Source: Candidatus Kuenenia stuttgartensis (GTDB lineage: Bacteria; Planctomycetota; Brocadiia; Brocadiales; Brocadiaceae). Taken from it: a DNA stretch of 32,000 nt. Shown piece after piece: positions 8,024-17,029 of the stretch. The stretch is taken from assembly GCF_900232105.1 (NCBI RefSeq), contig NZ_LT934425.1, forward strand, positions 720,001-752,000, given 5' to 3'. Numbering within the stretch: position 1 is the first letter of the stretch; each line of letters starts with the position of its first letter. The notes beneath the pieces are model-generated. The model was not told the DNA's origin, did no database searches, and saw only the letters and a program-made list of their open reading frames with translations. The translations under genes and the position numbers were made by a program.

Positions 8024-8728
8024 TTAATCTTTTGTCAGCGTAACAAGTTGTTCTTTTCCGGCAAGAACGGCGTCTGCTGTCTTAGATAAAAAGAGATTAA
8101 TCGACCGTATCGCATCGTCATTCCCAGGTACACAAATATCTACCATATCAGGGTCACAATCGGTATCCGCCAGGCAAACAGTTGGTATTCCCAATTTTTT
8201 TGCCTCTTTTATAGCGTTGTGTTCGTATCTTGGGTCCACTACCACAAGTGCCCCTGGAAGTTTGGTCATATTGCGGATGCCTTCCAGATTGGTAAGTATT
8301 TTCTTGTATTCTCTGTTGAGTGAGGAAATCATCTTTTTACTGTATTGGTTGATTTCGCCTGTATCTTTCATTTTTTCCAATTCTTCAAGACGTTCTAAAC
8401 GACTCCTGATAGTATCAAAATTTGTCAACGCACCACCAAGCCATCTTTCGCTGACATAATGCATACCACACCGCTTTGCTTCTCGCGCGGTAATATCCTG
8501 TGCCTGCCACTTCGTGCCTACAAACAATATATCTTTCTTTGTTTGCACCAGGTTCGTTACAAATCTGCAAGCAGTGATAAGACCCTTCACCGTTTCCCGT
8601 AAATTAATGATATGAATCAGATTTTGCTTACCAAAGATAAAAGGCTTCATCTTTGGGTTCCACCTGCTTGTTCTATGTCCGAAATGAAACCCTGCTTCGA
8701 CTAATTCTTGAATATTCACAATAGACAA
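8024..8728 (-). CDS. rpsB: 30S ribosomal protein S2
   Basis: 234 aa. LVEAGFHFGHRTSRWNPKMKPFIFG..N.IHIINL..T...FVGTK...RWLGG.LTNF. Confidence 0.93.
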   Translation of the reverse strand: MSIVNIQELVEAGFHFGHRTSRWNPKMKPFIFGKQNLIHIINLRETVKGLITACRFVTNLVQTKKDILFVGTKWQAQDITAREAKRCGMHYVSERWLGGALTNFDTIRSRLERLEELEKMKDTGEINQYSKKMISSLNREYKKILTNLEGIRNMTKLPGALVVVDPRYEHNAIKEAKKLGIPTVCLADTDCDPDMVDICVPGNDDAIRSINLFLSKTADAVLAGKEQLVTLTKD

Positions 8729-8791
8729 ATAACGCCCTTTCCAGATTGAGATAATAAAAGAAAATAAAGGAATTTTTCAGAAAAGAATGTG

Positions 8792-8819
8792 ATTATAGCC
8801 ATTATAGGCAAGTTGTCAA
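8792..8819 (-). promoter_or_regulatory. Sigma70-type promoter of the rpsB operon (TTGACA, 16-bp spacer, TATAAT on minus strand)
   Basis: Reverse complement of 8814-8819 is TTGACA and of 8792-8797 is TATAAT. Lies about 60 nt upstream of the rpsB ATG and about 24 bp from the IS end at 8843. Confidence 0.55.
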
Positions 8820-8842
8820 GTATATTTATTGTAACACCTCAG

Positions 8843-9537
8843 CAACGTCAAAGTCACCCTACGAAAGATGTGGATCAAGAATTTGTACCAAAAGCTCCCG
8901 TCAATAAGTGGAGAAGAAAGTTAAAAACGATAGGGTTCTCATGTAAATCGGCAAGAATGAGCAAAACAAGCAAAATGGAGCGGGAGTATCCCTGTAGTAA
9001 TGAAAAAGAGAGAGTAAAAAATAAAGTGCTTTTTTTGTTCTCTACATTACTAGCGAAGCATTTGAAGTGCAAGAAAAGGTCTTGCCGCAAAATTTCTGAG
9101 CGTCTTTGCAATATTTGTTACCTGGAGAAAATGAAAAAGCCCAATCACAAGATTCTTCAAAGAAGCCATTGCCCTTGGGGCATTTTTCGTGCGTATTTGA
9201 GAATGGTCTTCACGGAAAGCGGTATCACGCACATAATGAAGTCCATTTTCTATTGACCAGTGTCCGCGGGAAAACTTAAGAATGGTTTTGGGACTTGCTT
9301 TTTGTTGTGTCAGGCTGGTAATACCGTAAACAATTTCCCCGGTCTTTTTGCTTGTCTTGATTTTTGTAAATATTCTATGAATGCAAAATACCTGTCGTTT
9401 CGTTTTTGTATTGTAACGGCAGGAGAGACGTTTGAGCATATTTTGCGGACAACGCTTTGCCCACTCTGCAATAGCAGCAAAGCTCCAAGCATTGCATATC
9501 TTTGTATATTATGTGCTTATGGAAAACTTTGACAGCG
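8843..9537 (-). mobile_element. ISAs1-like IS, copy B (internally deleted derivative, ~0.7 kb)
   Basis: Ends share the core GTCAAAGT in inverted orientation (8847-8854 and 9526-9533). The coding frame reads ...SFAAIAEWAKRCPQNMLKRL then jumps to the C-terminal ISAs1 signature, so the central transposase portion is missing. Confidence 0.75.
9050..9439 (-). pseudogene. Truncated ISAs1-family transposase (C-terminal 129 aa)
   Basis: FSRGHWSIENGLHYVRDTAFREDHSQIRTKNAPRAMASLKNLVIGL is the classical ISAs1 C-terminal signature. Far too short to be an active enzyme. Confidence 0.8.
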
Positions 9538-9828
9538 TCGTGTCTTGCGGGGCATAATCAAAGACGAAGGACCAATGACTAATACACTACTGCTCCCAAC
9601 TATCACAATTTATTGGTAAGTTACGACGACGCTAACGTTACTCCGCAACTGCCTGTAGCGGTGTATAAAATCCTTGTTTTTTGTAACTGTTGCAATTAGA
9701 ATTGCTTCTTTAATCCATTCTATTCAAAAGATTACGATTGTTTGGTCAAAATTTTCATTACAGAGAAATTTTACCGTGGAAAATAATTTTAGTAAAATCT
9801 GTTTTCAACCAGAGAAAGGCAAGATCGC

Positions 9829-11175
9829 ATGTCGGGTGAACATATTGATTTGGCAGTAATTAACCGGGCAAAAGACGATAAGGTAAAGCTTGTTCAGTTA
9901 CAATTTACCGATATTAACGGTAGTGTAAAGGCAGTTACCATACCAATTGAAAAGTTCCCGGAATCTTTGGAGAAAGGGTTGTGGTTTGACGGTTCATCAA
10001 TTGAAGGTTTTACAAGGATTTGTGAAAGTGATATGTTTTTAAAACCCGATGCAGGTACATATGCGTTGCTTCCCTGGGAGACGGTTGCTGTGACTGCGAG
10101 GCTGTTCTGTGATGTTTATATGCCTGATGGTTCGCCTTTTGAGGGAGATCCCCGTTACATATTAAAGAGGGCAATTAAAAATGCCCGTGATATGAATTTT
10201 GAATATAACGTGGGGCCTGAACTGGAATTTTTCCTGTTTAAACCGAAGAATGACGGGGCCGTTGCACCCACCCCACATGATGTAGGAAGTTATTTTGATT
10301 TCTCTCCCAGGGACCTTGCGGGGAATGTGAGGGCAGATATTATTTTTACTCTTGAAAAAATGGGTATCAATGTGGAGATGAGCCACCACGAAGTAGCTCC
10401 GGGCCAACATGAGATTGATTTTAAATATGCAGAAGCATTACGGACGGCTGAGAATGCCCTGACCTTCAAGCAGGTGGTAAAATCCATTGCACATAAGCAT
10501 GATCTCTATGCTACCTTTATGCCGAAACCGATTTTTGGGATATGTGGCAGCGGGATGCATTGTCATCAGAGCCTTTTTGATATAAGGACAAACACCAATA
10601 TTTTTTTTGATGAAAATGACACGTATAAATTAAGCAGGAACGCAAAACATTTTATTGCCGGGCAACTGGAGCATGTAAGGGCGATGAGCGCAATACTTTC
10701 TCCGACCGTGAATTCCTATAAGAGATTGGTTCCGGGATATGAAGCGCCGGTGTATATATGCTGGGGGCAAAAAAACAGATCTGCCCTCATCAGGGTGCCG
10801 AGGTATTCTCCCGGCAGGGAGCAGGCAACAAGGGCTGAACTGAGGTGTCCTGACCCAAGCAACAATCCCTATCTTGCTTTGGCAGTAATGCTGGAAGCAG
10901 GACTGGATGGTATAAAAAGAAAGCTTGAATTGCCAAAGGCAACAGAAGAAAATGTGTATGAATTTAATAAGGATGAACTGGCATACCGTAATATTGCAAC
11001 ATTGCCTGGTTCTTTGGGGGAGGCGTTGCATGAATTAAAACAGAGTGCGTTGATGAAGAGGGCGCTGGGTTCACATACTTATCAAATATATTTGCATTCA
11101 AAATTTTCCGAATGGGATGAATACAGGATTCAGGTAACGGAGTGGGAGCAGAAAAAATATCTTGAAACCACATAG
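9829..11175 (+). CDS. glnA: Glutamine synthetase, type I
   Basis: 448 aa. FTDINGSVKAVTIP...WFDGSSIEGF...GPELEFFLF...MSHHEVAPGQHEIDF...MPKP..G..GSGMHCHQSL...NSYKRLVPGYEAP. Confidence 0.93.
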   Translation: MSGEHIDLAVINRAKDDKVKLVQLQFTDINGSVKAVTIPIEKFPESLEKGLWFDGSSIEGFTRICESDMFLKPDAGTYALLPWETVAVTARLFCDVYMPDGSPFEGDPRYILKRAIKNARDMNFEYNVGPELEFFLFKPKNDGAVAPTPHDVGSYFDFSPRDLAGNVRADIIFTLEKMGINVEMSHHEVAPGQHEIDFKYAEALRTAENALTFKQVVKSIAHKHDLYATFMPKPIFGICGSGMHCHQSLFDIRTNTNIFFDENDTYKLSRNAKHFIAGQLEHVRAMSAILSPTVNSYKRLVPGYEAPVYICWGQKNRSALIRVPRYSPGREQATRAELRCPDPSNNPYLALAVMLEAGLDGIKRKLELPKATEENVYEFNKDELAYRNIATLPGSLGEALHELKQSALMKRALGSHTYQIYLHSKFSEWDEYRIQVTEWEQKKYLETT

Positions 11176-11430
11176 TTCTCCCTGACCACGGGTATCTAAA
11201 ATCAATTAATTGCGAGTGGATAAAAACCATACCATGAATGAGATCGGTTACAATATTGCCTTTGCAGAAAGTATGGGTTCCGGCGGGCATATCGGCTTTG
11301 TAAAATATTTTCTAAAAAGAGGGCAGGCTTTCGGCATGTGAAATTGTTGGCTATGAGCGAAGGACTCAGAAACGAATTGTATTAATCCGACAAGTTTCTT
11401 GATGTTATCATTTCGGCAAACCGGGAAGCC

Positions 11431-11961
11431 TTGTCGTTAAAAATGGATTTGTGGCGCAGGATTTATAAGTACAGGCCCGTACAATGCATGGATTATCCTG
11501 ATTGTGCCGGAGCCGCTTCCGGGCAGGAAATAACAGGACTATGCATTTATAACGAATATAATACTTCAGGCGCTTATCAGCAGTTGGTCTATAAGCGTGA
11601 ATGGAAGGCATTTCTCGCAATCAGGGATGATTTGACCGCTTTGCGCGGAATATTCTCAGGCAATGAAGTTTCAGCCACAAGGGAAATATTGCTAAATGCA
11701 AAGGGAGTTTGTCTTGCGGAGATATCCGTAGAATCGGAGAAACAGGATTTTATCCTGATTCCTCTACCGAAACGAACAGAAAATATTTTATATTTATCCG
11801 AAAAACACCAGCCTATTACTACGATAAAAGACGCTTACAGGAGATGGGATGAGAAGATAAAAGGGAATCTTCAGTACCATTATGGAACGGAGTGGAATAA
11901 AAAATTGGAAGAGGCTATTAGAATGGAGGGAAAAGATGTTAGTAAAGGAAATAATGAGTAA
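11431..11961 (+). CDS. Hypothetical protein (start uncertain; ATG at 11443 possible)
   Basis: 176-aa ORF with no motif I recognise. The 3' end overlaps the CBS gene start. Supported only by length and position. Confidence 0.35.
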   Translation: MSLKMDLWRRIYKYRPVQCMDYPDCAGAASGQEITGLCIYNEYNTSGAYQQLVYKREWKAFLAIRDDLTALRGIFSGNEVSATREILLNAKGVCLAEISVESEKQDFILIPLPKRTENILYLSEKHQPITTIKDAYRRWDEKIKGNLQYHYGTEWNKKLEEAIRMEGKDVSKGNNE

Positions 11962-12352
11962 ACAGTTGGTCACCCTTAATGCCGATTCAAAGCTTGGCTT
12001 TGCCGAAGATATTATGTATTTGGGGAGAATCAGGCATTTGCCGGTAGTAAATGGAAAAGAAATAGTGGGTATTTTGACGCAAAGAGATCTTTACAAGGCG
12101 TCGCTGACTTCCATTGTTACGAATTGGGAAGAAAATAAGACTTTTCTTGATTCTGTTAAAGTTGCGGAGGTAATGACAAAAGACGTCATTACCATTTCTC
12201 CGAACACTTCAATTGAAGATGCTGCACAGATTATGATTGATAAAAAGGTTGGCTGTTTGCCGGTGGTTGAAGATAAAAATACTCTTCTTGGCTTGATAAC
12301 AGAAACGGATGTATTGCAGTATTTTGTTCATGAATGCAGAAAAAACAGATAA
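11936..12352 (+). CDS. CBS domain pair protein
   Basis: I prefer the ATG at 11936 (MLVKEIMSKQLVTL...), preceded by GGAGGG, over the track start at 11882. Two CBS motifs are present (IMS..LVT..., GRIRHLPVV; VMTKDVITI..., VGCLPVVE). Confidence 0.8.
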   Translation: MLVKEIMSKQLVTLNADSKLGFAEDIMYLGRIRHLPVVNGKEIVGILTQRDLYKASLTSIVTNWEENKTFLDSVKVAEVMTKDVITISPNTSIEDAAQIMIDKKVGCLPVVEDKNTLLGLITETDVLQYFVHECRKNR

Positions 12353-12422
12353 CCGTTTTGTTTTTTAAAGAGTTCATGCAAATTAACCTGTCTTTTTTGC
12401 AGATCCGGAAAATATTGCCAGT

Positions 12423-13253
12423 ATGATTTCAAGAAGAACATTTATAAAAGGAGCCGGCGGATGTGTACTGGGTATGGTATCCGTAGGGGGTTATAGCCAT
12501 TTTTTAGAGCCCCGGTGGGTAGAAATAAACAACGTTACCATAAAGCTTGAAGATTTACCGACTAAATTTGAAGGTTTAAGAATAGCGCAACTTTCAGATA
12601 TCCATCATTGTGAATATGTATCAAAGGATTTTATACGGAATTGCGTCCACAAGACTAATGCGTTATGTCCTGATGTAATAGTCCTGACTGGAGATTATGT
12701 TTTTGGCAGCAACGATTATCTTTCTTCGGTGGCAAAAGAATTATCTGAATTGAAGGCAAAAGAGGGAGTTTTCGCTATCCTTGGAAATCATGATGATAAG
12801 GGAAGCACCTATGATGAATTGCAGAGAAATGGCATTCGCTTACTCATAAATGAGCATATTGTTTTATATAGGGACAACGCGTATATATTTATTGCGGGCA
12901 TAGATGATCTCTGGAAGGGCGAAATAGATATTAAAAAAACCCTGAAAGGAATGGATGAGAATCCAAAGATTTTACTGGCACATAATCCGGACGTGATTGA
13001 AACAATCCAGTATGAGGATGTCGATTTTGTTATATCCGGACATACTCACGGGGGGCAAGTGTGTTTCCCCTTTTATGGACCTCCTATCGTGTACTCAAAA
13101 TTTGGGGCTCGTTATGCTGCGGGTCTCTTTCGTGAAAGAAATACGTTAATGTATGTAAACAGAGGCATAGGCGTATCTAATTTGCCGGTACGGTTTTTTG
13201 CAAGGCCTGAAATCACGCTGTTCACCATAAGAAATGGTTTGCAACAGGTGTAG
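12423..13253 (+). CDS. Calcineurin-like metallophosphoesterase with Tat-type signal (YaeI-like)
   Basis: 276 aa. MISRRTFIKGAGG; QLSDIHH, LTGDY, GNHD, GHTHGG motifs. Confidence 0.85.
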   Translation: MISRRTFIKGAGGCVLGMVSVGGYSHFLEPRWVEINNVTIKLEDLPTKFEGLRIAQLSDIHHCEYVSKDFIRNCVHKTNALCPDVIVLTGDYVFGSNDYLSSVAKELSELKAKEGVFAILGNHDDKGSTYDELQRNGIRLLINEHIVLYRDNAYIFIAGIDDLWKGEIDIKKTLKGMDENPKILLAHNPDVIETIQYEDVDFVISGHTHGGQVCFPFYGPPIVYSKFGARYAAGLFRERNTLMYVNRGIGVSNLPVRFFARPEITLFTIRNGLQQV

Positions 13254-13269
13254 TTCTTTCTTCTTCCTT

Positions 13270-13306
13270 TAGTACTTTATCAGTAATTTCTTTGCATTTT
13301 TTGTCA
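13270..13306. repeat. Dispersed ~36-nt motif, copy 1 (TAGTACTTTATCAGTAATTTCTTTGCATTTTTTGTCA)
   Basis: Aligns with 21413-21448 and 31859-31894. Confidence 0.6.
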
Positions 13307-13398
13307 TTAGAATTTGTTTCGTATTTCGAATTTCGTGCTTATTTGTTGCTTGGTTCTGGCTATGCCAGCTTAGGTATTATTTTTAAAATGTGCAATTA

Positions 13399-13662
13399 TT
13401 ATTTGCCCCTGTATTTATATAAAAAGCGCAAAGAGAAAATAGTACTCACAAAAGAAAGAGTAAATCCATTGGCAAGCACAATGATTATATCTCTTAAATG
13501 TAACCCGTAAACTAACCACATACTGCAGCCGAGTAGTAAAAGGGATAACATTATCGGGGAAACATCATTTAATTCCTTTGTCCTTATCCCACGAATGATT
13601 TGCGGGATAAAACCTACTGTAGTACACAATGCCGCAATTGTTCCTATTATAGACCATCCCAT
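13399..13662 (-). CDS. SemiSWEET / PQ-loop family transporter
   Basis: 87 aa with three predicted TM helices. FIPQIIRGIRTKE contains the PQ motif. Confidence 0.8.
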   Translation of the reverse strand: MGWSIIGTIAALCTTVGFIPQIIRGIRTKELNDVSPIMLSLLLLGCSMWLVYGLHLRDIIIVLANGFTLSFVSTIFSLRFLYKYRGK

Positions 13663-13829
13663 ATATATTTCCCCGGTTATTTTGTTATTATCAAAAATAT
13701 AGTATTAATTGTTTAAAGCATACCAAAAAGAATTGCAAAAAGTAAGATCAAACGCTATATTTAACGACTTAACGGGCAGTAAGGAAAGGGGGAAAATAAT
13801 CAAGGGAAAAGGGAAAGATAAAAGATAAA

Positions 13830-14864
13830 ATGGGCGGAATAAGAAACATGATAAAAACATTACACCCGGCTTACTTTGTGTTTATCATGTCAACAGGCAT
13901 TATATCGATAGCGTCAAATATGTTGGGAATAACGCCGGTAGCACAGGGGTTGTTTTATTTAAACATTGTGGCATATGCGGTTATATTGACGATCCAGATA
14001 CTGAGGATAATAATGTACTGGAGTTTGCTGTACTCAGACATATCAAATCCGAAACTTGGACTGGTTTATTTTGCGATAGTAGCAGGAACCAACGTGCTTG
14101 GGGCGCAGTTTGTAACCGTAGTTAACTGCCAGTGCGTTGCCAAGTCATTGTGGTTTTTTGGAATATTTCTGTGGGTGGTGCTCACCTTATCGACATTCAC
14201 CTTGTTATTTTTAAAAAACGAACAGCAGATAGAGCGCACAATACACGGGGGGTGGTTAGTATCGGTGGTAGGCACACAGTCGGTTGCGGTGCTTGGTGCG
14301 TTATTATCGCCGTGTTTTGCGGAGACCTCAAACTTTATCCTGTTTTCCTCGATGGTGTGGTGGATGATAGGATGTTTCTTATACGTGGTGATTATAACGT
14401 TAATAACTTATAGGTTAATATTTTTCAAGATAGCACCGGAGGTGTTGGTGCCTCCGTACTGGATCAACACGGGAGCTGTAGCGATAACAACACTTGCAGG
14501 GGCGACAATAAGCTTAAGCATCCCGAAGATAGAAGATCCGTTTTTAGATATTGATGGATTTATCAAGGGATTTTCTGTGTTCTTCTGGTCTTTTGGAACG
14601 TGGTGGATTCCGCTGCTGGTAATAATCGGGATATGGAAATACGTGTATCACATGACGCCGTATAAGTATAATCCGCTGTACTGGGGTCTGGCGTTTCCGT
14701 TGGGAACGTATACGGCAGGTACACTAAAGCTGGCAGAGGCGCTGGGGATAGGATATATATCAAACATATCAAAGGTATTTATCTACATAGCGTATATTGC
14801 CTGGCTGATAGTGTTCGTGACTATGATTCGTTCTTTTCTTAAACCAGCTCTGGCAAAGCAATAA
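13830..14864 (+). CDS. TDT family (TehA/Mae1/SLAC1-like) anion/dicarboxylate transporter
   Basis: 344 aa, about 10 hydrophobic helices. N-terminal PAYFVFIMSTGIISIAS is typical of the C4-dicarboxylate/tellurite-resistance transporter family. Confidence 0.6.
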   Translation: MGGIRNMIKTLHPAYFVFIMSTGIISIASNMLGITPVAQGLFYLNIVAYAVILTIQILRIIMYWSLLYSDISNPKLGLVYFAIVAGTNVLGAQFVTVVNCQCVAKSLWFFGIFLWVVLTLSTFTLLFLKNEQQIERTIHGGWLVSVVGTQSVAVLGALLSPCFAETSNFILFSSMVWWMIGCFLYVVIITLITYRLIFFKIAPEVLVPPYWINTGAVAITTLAGATISLSIPKIEDPFLDIDGFIKGFSVFFWSFGTWWIPLLVIIGIWKYVYHMTPYKYNPLYWGLAFPLGTYTAGTLKLAEALGIGYISNISKVFIYIAYIAWLIVFVTMIRSFLKPALAKQ

Positions 14865-14914
14865 CGCAATGTCAGTTTCCAGGAATCTTTTAGCGAACCA
14901 TACGATACTTTTTT

Positions 14915-14940
14915 TGTAACAATTTAGTTTTTTGGAAAAG
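14915..14940. repeat. Solo copy of the GTAACA.TTTAGTTTTTTG.AAAA terminal-repeat motif
   Basis: TGTAACAATTTAGTTTTTTGGAAAAG, followed by the hairpin GAAACGCTA-GTA-TAGCGTTTC (14943-14963). No partner repeat was found. Confidence 0.5.
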
Positions 14941-14986
14941 TAGAAACGCTAGTATAGCGTTTCATTAAAATATCTATATTGATACC

Positions 14987-15066
14987 GTCATTGCGAGCGA
15001 CAGCGAAGCAATCTTAAGTCTTTTGGGAACAAGAGATTGCTTCGTCGCTACACTCCTCGCAATGAC
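14987..15066. repeat. Long imperfect hairpin GTCATTGCGAGCGACAGCGAAGCAATC ... GATTGCTTCGTCGCTACACTCCTCGCAATGAC
   Basis: Inverted repeat read directly from the sequence. The loop contains TTTTGGGAAC. Confidence 0.6.
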
Positions 15067-15104
15067 ATTTTTTTACGTACACATTTTAACGAAACGATGT
15101 ACTA

Positions 15105-15128
15105 GTTCCCAAGCTCCGGCTTGGGAAC
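15105..15128. repeat. Perfect hairpin GTTCCCAAGC-tccg-GCTTGGGAAC
   Basis: 10-bp stem. Shares the GTTCCCAA/TTGGGAAC core with the arms of the 21033-21350 element. Confidence 0.6.
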
Positions 15129-15313
15129 TATACTGTAAGAGTTCACAAATAGGGATTTCTAAAATTAGATTTAACTTTTGTTGACATAAATAGTTATAGT
15201 ATTTTTGAAATCACACTTTGTGAACCCCTTGAGTATAGCAGTTTTTCCCATTTCATAGCACTAAAGTATTATAAATTTCATCTCTTTCATCTCTAAGATA
15301 AAATCCTTACGTT

Positions 15314-16303
15314 ATGTTGAATGGCTTAACAGAAAAACAGCCCCTGTCTGACATAGATTATGCAAAAAAAGTATTATTACTCGAGTCAGAAGCAATAAAA
15401 AATCAGATTCATCGTATTGACCATCATTTTCAAAAAGCCGTAGACGTCATATTTACGTGTTCCGGCAGGGTCGCAGTTACCGGGGTTGGAAAGGCTGGCA
15501 TTATTGGACAGAAGATTTCGGCCACTTTGGCGAGCACTGGCACGCCTTCCTATTGGATACATTCTTCCGAAGCCAGGCATGGCGACCTTGGTAAAATTGT
15601 TGCCAGCGACATTGTACTTGCGTTGTCAAACAGCGGCGAAACAGAGGTGGTGTTGCTTTTGCCATTTTTGAAACAAATGGGAACAAAGATAATCTCCGTT
15701 ACGGGCAATAATAAATCTTCCCTGGCGCTGCATAGCGATGTCGTTCTTGATATTGGAAATGTTGAAGAAGCCTGCCCTTTAGGCATTGCGCCTTCTTCGA
15801 GCACAACGGCGATGCTTGCCATTGGAGATGCCATTGCGTTAACGATATTTAAAAAGAGGAATCTTAGCAAAGAAGAGTATGCCTTCTATCATCCTGGCGG
15901 AGAACTTGGAAGAAAATTACTGCCGGTTGAAGTTGTTATGCGCAAAGGCAGGGAAAATCCTGTAGCGGATGAAGATATGCCTCTGCTGGATGTCCTTGGC
16001 ATTATGACGGAAACAAAAGGTAACCCGGGAGCAGTGAGTATTGTTGATAAAAATAACCGGTTGACGGGGTTTTTTACGGACGGGGATTTGAGAAGGCTTT
16101 TAAGGGAAGGAACGTCATTTTTATGCAAGACAATAAAAGAGGTTATGACCCCCTTTCCCAAGGTAATCAATAATCGTTGTTTAGTTGAAGAGGCATATAA
16201 AATACTGAGAGAAAACAAAATTGACCAAATTCCTGTGGTTAACGATTTCCATACACCTGTCGGCATATTTGATGTGCAGGATTTATTGGAGGTTAGATTT
16301 TAA
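15314..16303 (+). CDS. kdsD: Arabinose-5-phosphate isomerase (KpsF/GutQ family; SIS domain plus CBS pair)
   Basis: 329 aa. GRVAVTGVGKAGIIGQKISATLASTG.PS...SNSGET.E....GDA.A, then a tandem CBS region. Confidence 0.9.
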   Translation: MLNGLTEKQPLSDIDYAKKVLLLESEAIKNQIHRIDHHFQKAVDVIFTCSGRVAVTGVGKAGIIGQKISATLASTGTPSYWIHSSEARHGDLGKIVASDIVLALSNSGETEVVLLLPFLKQMGTKIISVTGNNKSSLALHSDVVLDIGNVEEACPLGIAPSSSTTAMLAIGDAIALTIFKKRNLSKEEYAFYHPGGELGRKLLPVEVVMRKGRENPVADEDMPLLDVLGIMTETKGNPGAVSIVDKNNRLTGFFTDGDLRRLLREGTSFLCKTIKEVMTPFPKVINNRCLVEEAYKILRENKIDQIPVVNDFHTPVGIFDVQDLLEVRF

Positions 16304-16308
16304 ATACG

Positions 16309-16833
16309 ATGAAAAAGATAAAACTTGTTATTATCGATGTTGATGGTGTTTTAACAGATGGCTCGATCTTTATTGATAGTGAAGGGCGGGAAGCAAAGGC
16401 TTTTAACGTGTTGGACGGCACGGGTATCTCTTATCTTCATCGTGTCAATATTAAAACGGCAATAATTAGCGGAAGAACGAGCAAAGCGGTAGATCACCGG
16501 GCAAAAGAATTGAATATCGCAGAGGTGCATCAGGGAATCAAAAATAAACTGGACGTATATAATGATATCCTTGGGAAATATTCGCTTAAAGATGAAGAAG
16601 TGTGTTATATTGGCGATGACCTCATAGACCTACCCATATTTTACCGCGTCGGTTTTCCCGTTGCGGTTGCCAATGCCATGCCTGTCGTAAAACAATATTC
16701 TTCTTACGTTACAAAAGCCAAAGGCGGATGTGGCGCTGTAAGAGAAATTGCCGAGAAGATAATTAAATTTCAAGAGAAATGGCATATAATCATGGATCGA
16801 TATCAGAAGAATCGTAACACTTTAGTTTTTTGA
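16309..16833 (+). CDS. kdsC: KDO-8-phosphate phosphatase (HAD superfamily)
   Basis: 174 aa. IKLVIIDVDGVLTDG...DG.G.......I..AIISGR.S..V..RA.ELNI.....G..NK...YIGDDL.D.P. The last 7 codons and the stop lie inside the repeat element starting at 16811. Confidence 0.88.
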   Translation: MKKIKLVIIDVDGVLTDGSIFIDSEGREAKAFNVLDGTGISYLHRVNIKTAIISGRTSKAVDHRAKELNIAEVHQGIKNKLDVYNDILGKYSLKDEEVCYIGDDLIDLPIFYRVGFPVAVANAMPVVKQYSSYVTKAKGGCGAVREIAEKIIKFQEKWHIIMDRYQKNRNTLVF

Positions 16834-17029
16834 AAAAAATTTACCACGCATCTATAGTACAGTATGCGTGGTAAAAGGAATGCTTCTTTATAACACTCCC
16901 CTCCCCAGGCCCCTCTATAAAGAGGGGATTTAGGGGTGTGTTTAATAATCATGTATATACCTTTCTTTTTGTAAACACCGGAATCCTTGATTTTATTGAG
17001 TGTTTTCAAAAAGCTAAAGTGTTACGAAT
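16811..17029. mobile_element. Complete MITE-like element (219 bp) of the CGTAACACTTTAGTTTTTTGAAAA TIR family
   Basis: Left ATCGTAACACTTTAGTTTTTTGAAAAA (16811-16837). The right end, reverse-complemented, reads ATTCGTAACACTTTAGCTTTTTGAAAA (17003-17029). Internal hairpins: TTACCACGCAT...ATGCGTGGTAA and CCCCTCT-ataa-AGAGGGG. No ORF. Confidence 0.7.

Noticed and set aside
8789-9256. 155-aa plus-strand ORF and the 3820-4185 ORF inside the ISAs1-like copies.
   Set aside because: Both lie on the strand opposite the recognisable ISAs1 transposase signature or in its non-coding tail. They are Lys/Arg-rich low-complexity translations.
11176-11290. Minus-strand ORF start (MPAGTHTFCKGNIVTDLIHGMV...) in the glnA downstream spacer.
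   Set aside because: The ORF continues into and overlaps the glnA 3' end. It has no recognisable domain and is probably spurious or an unidentifiable gene fragment.
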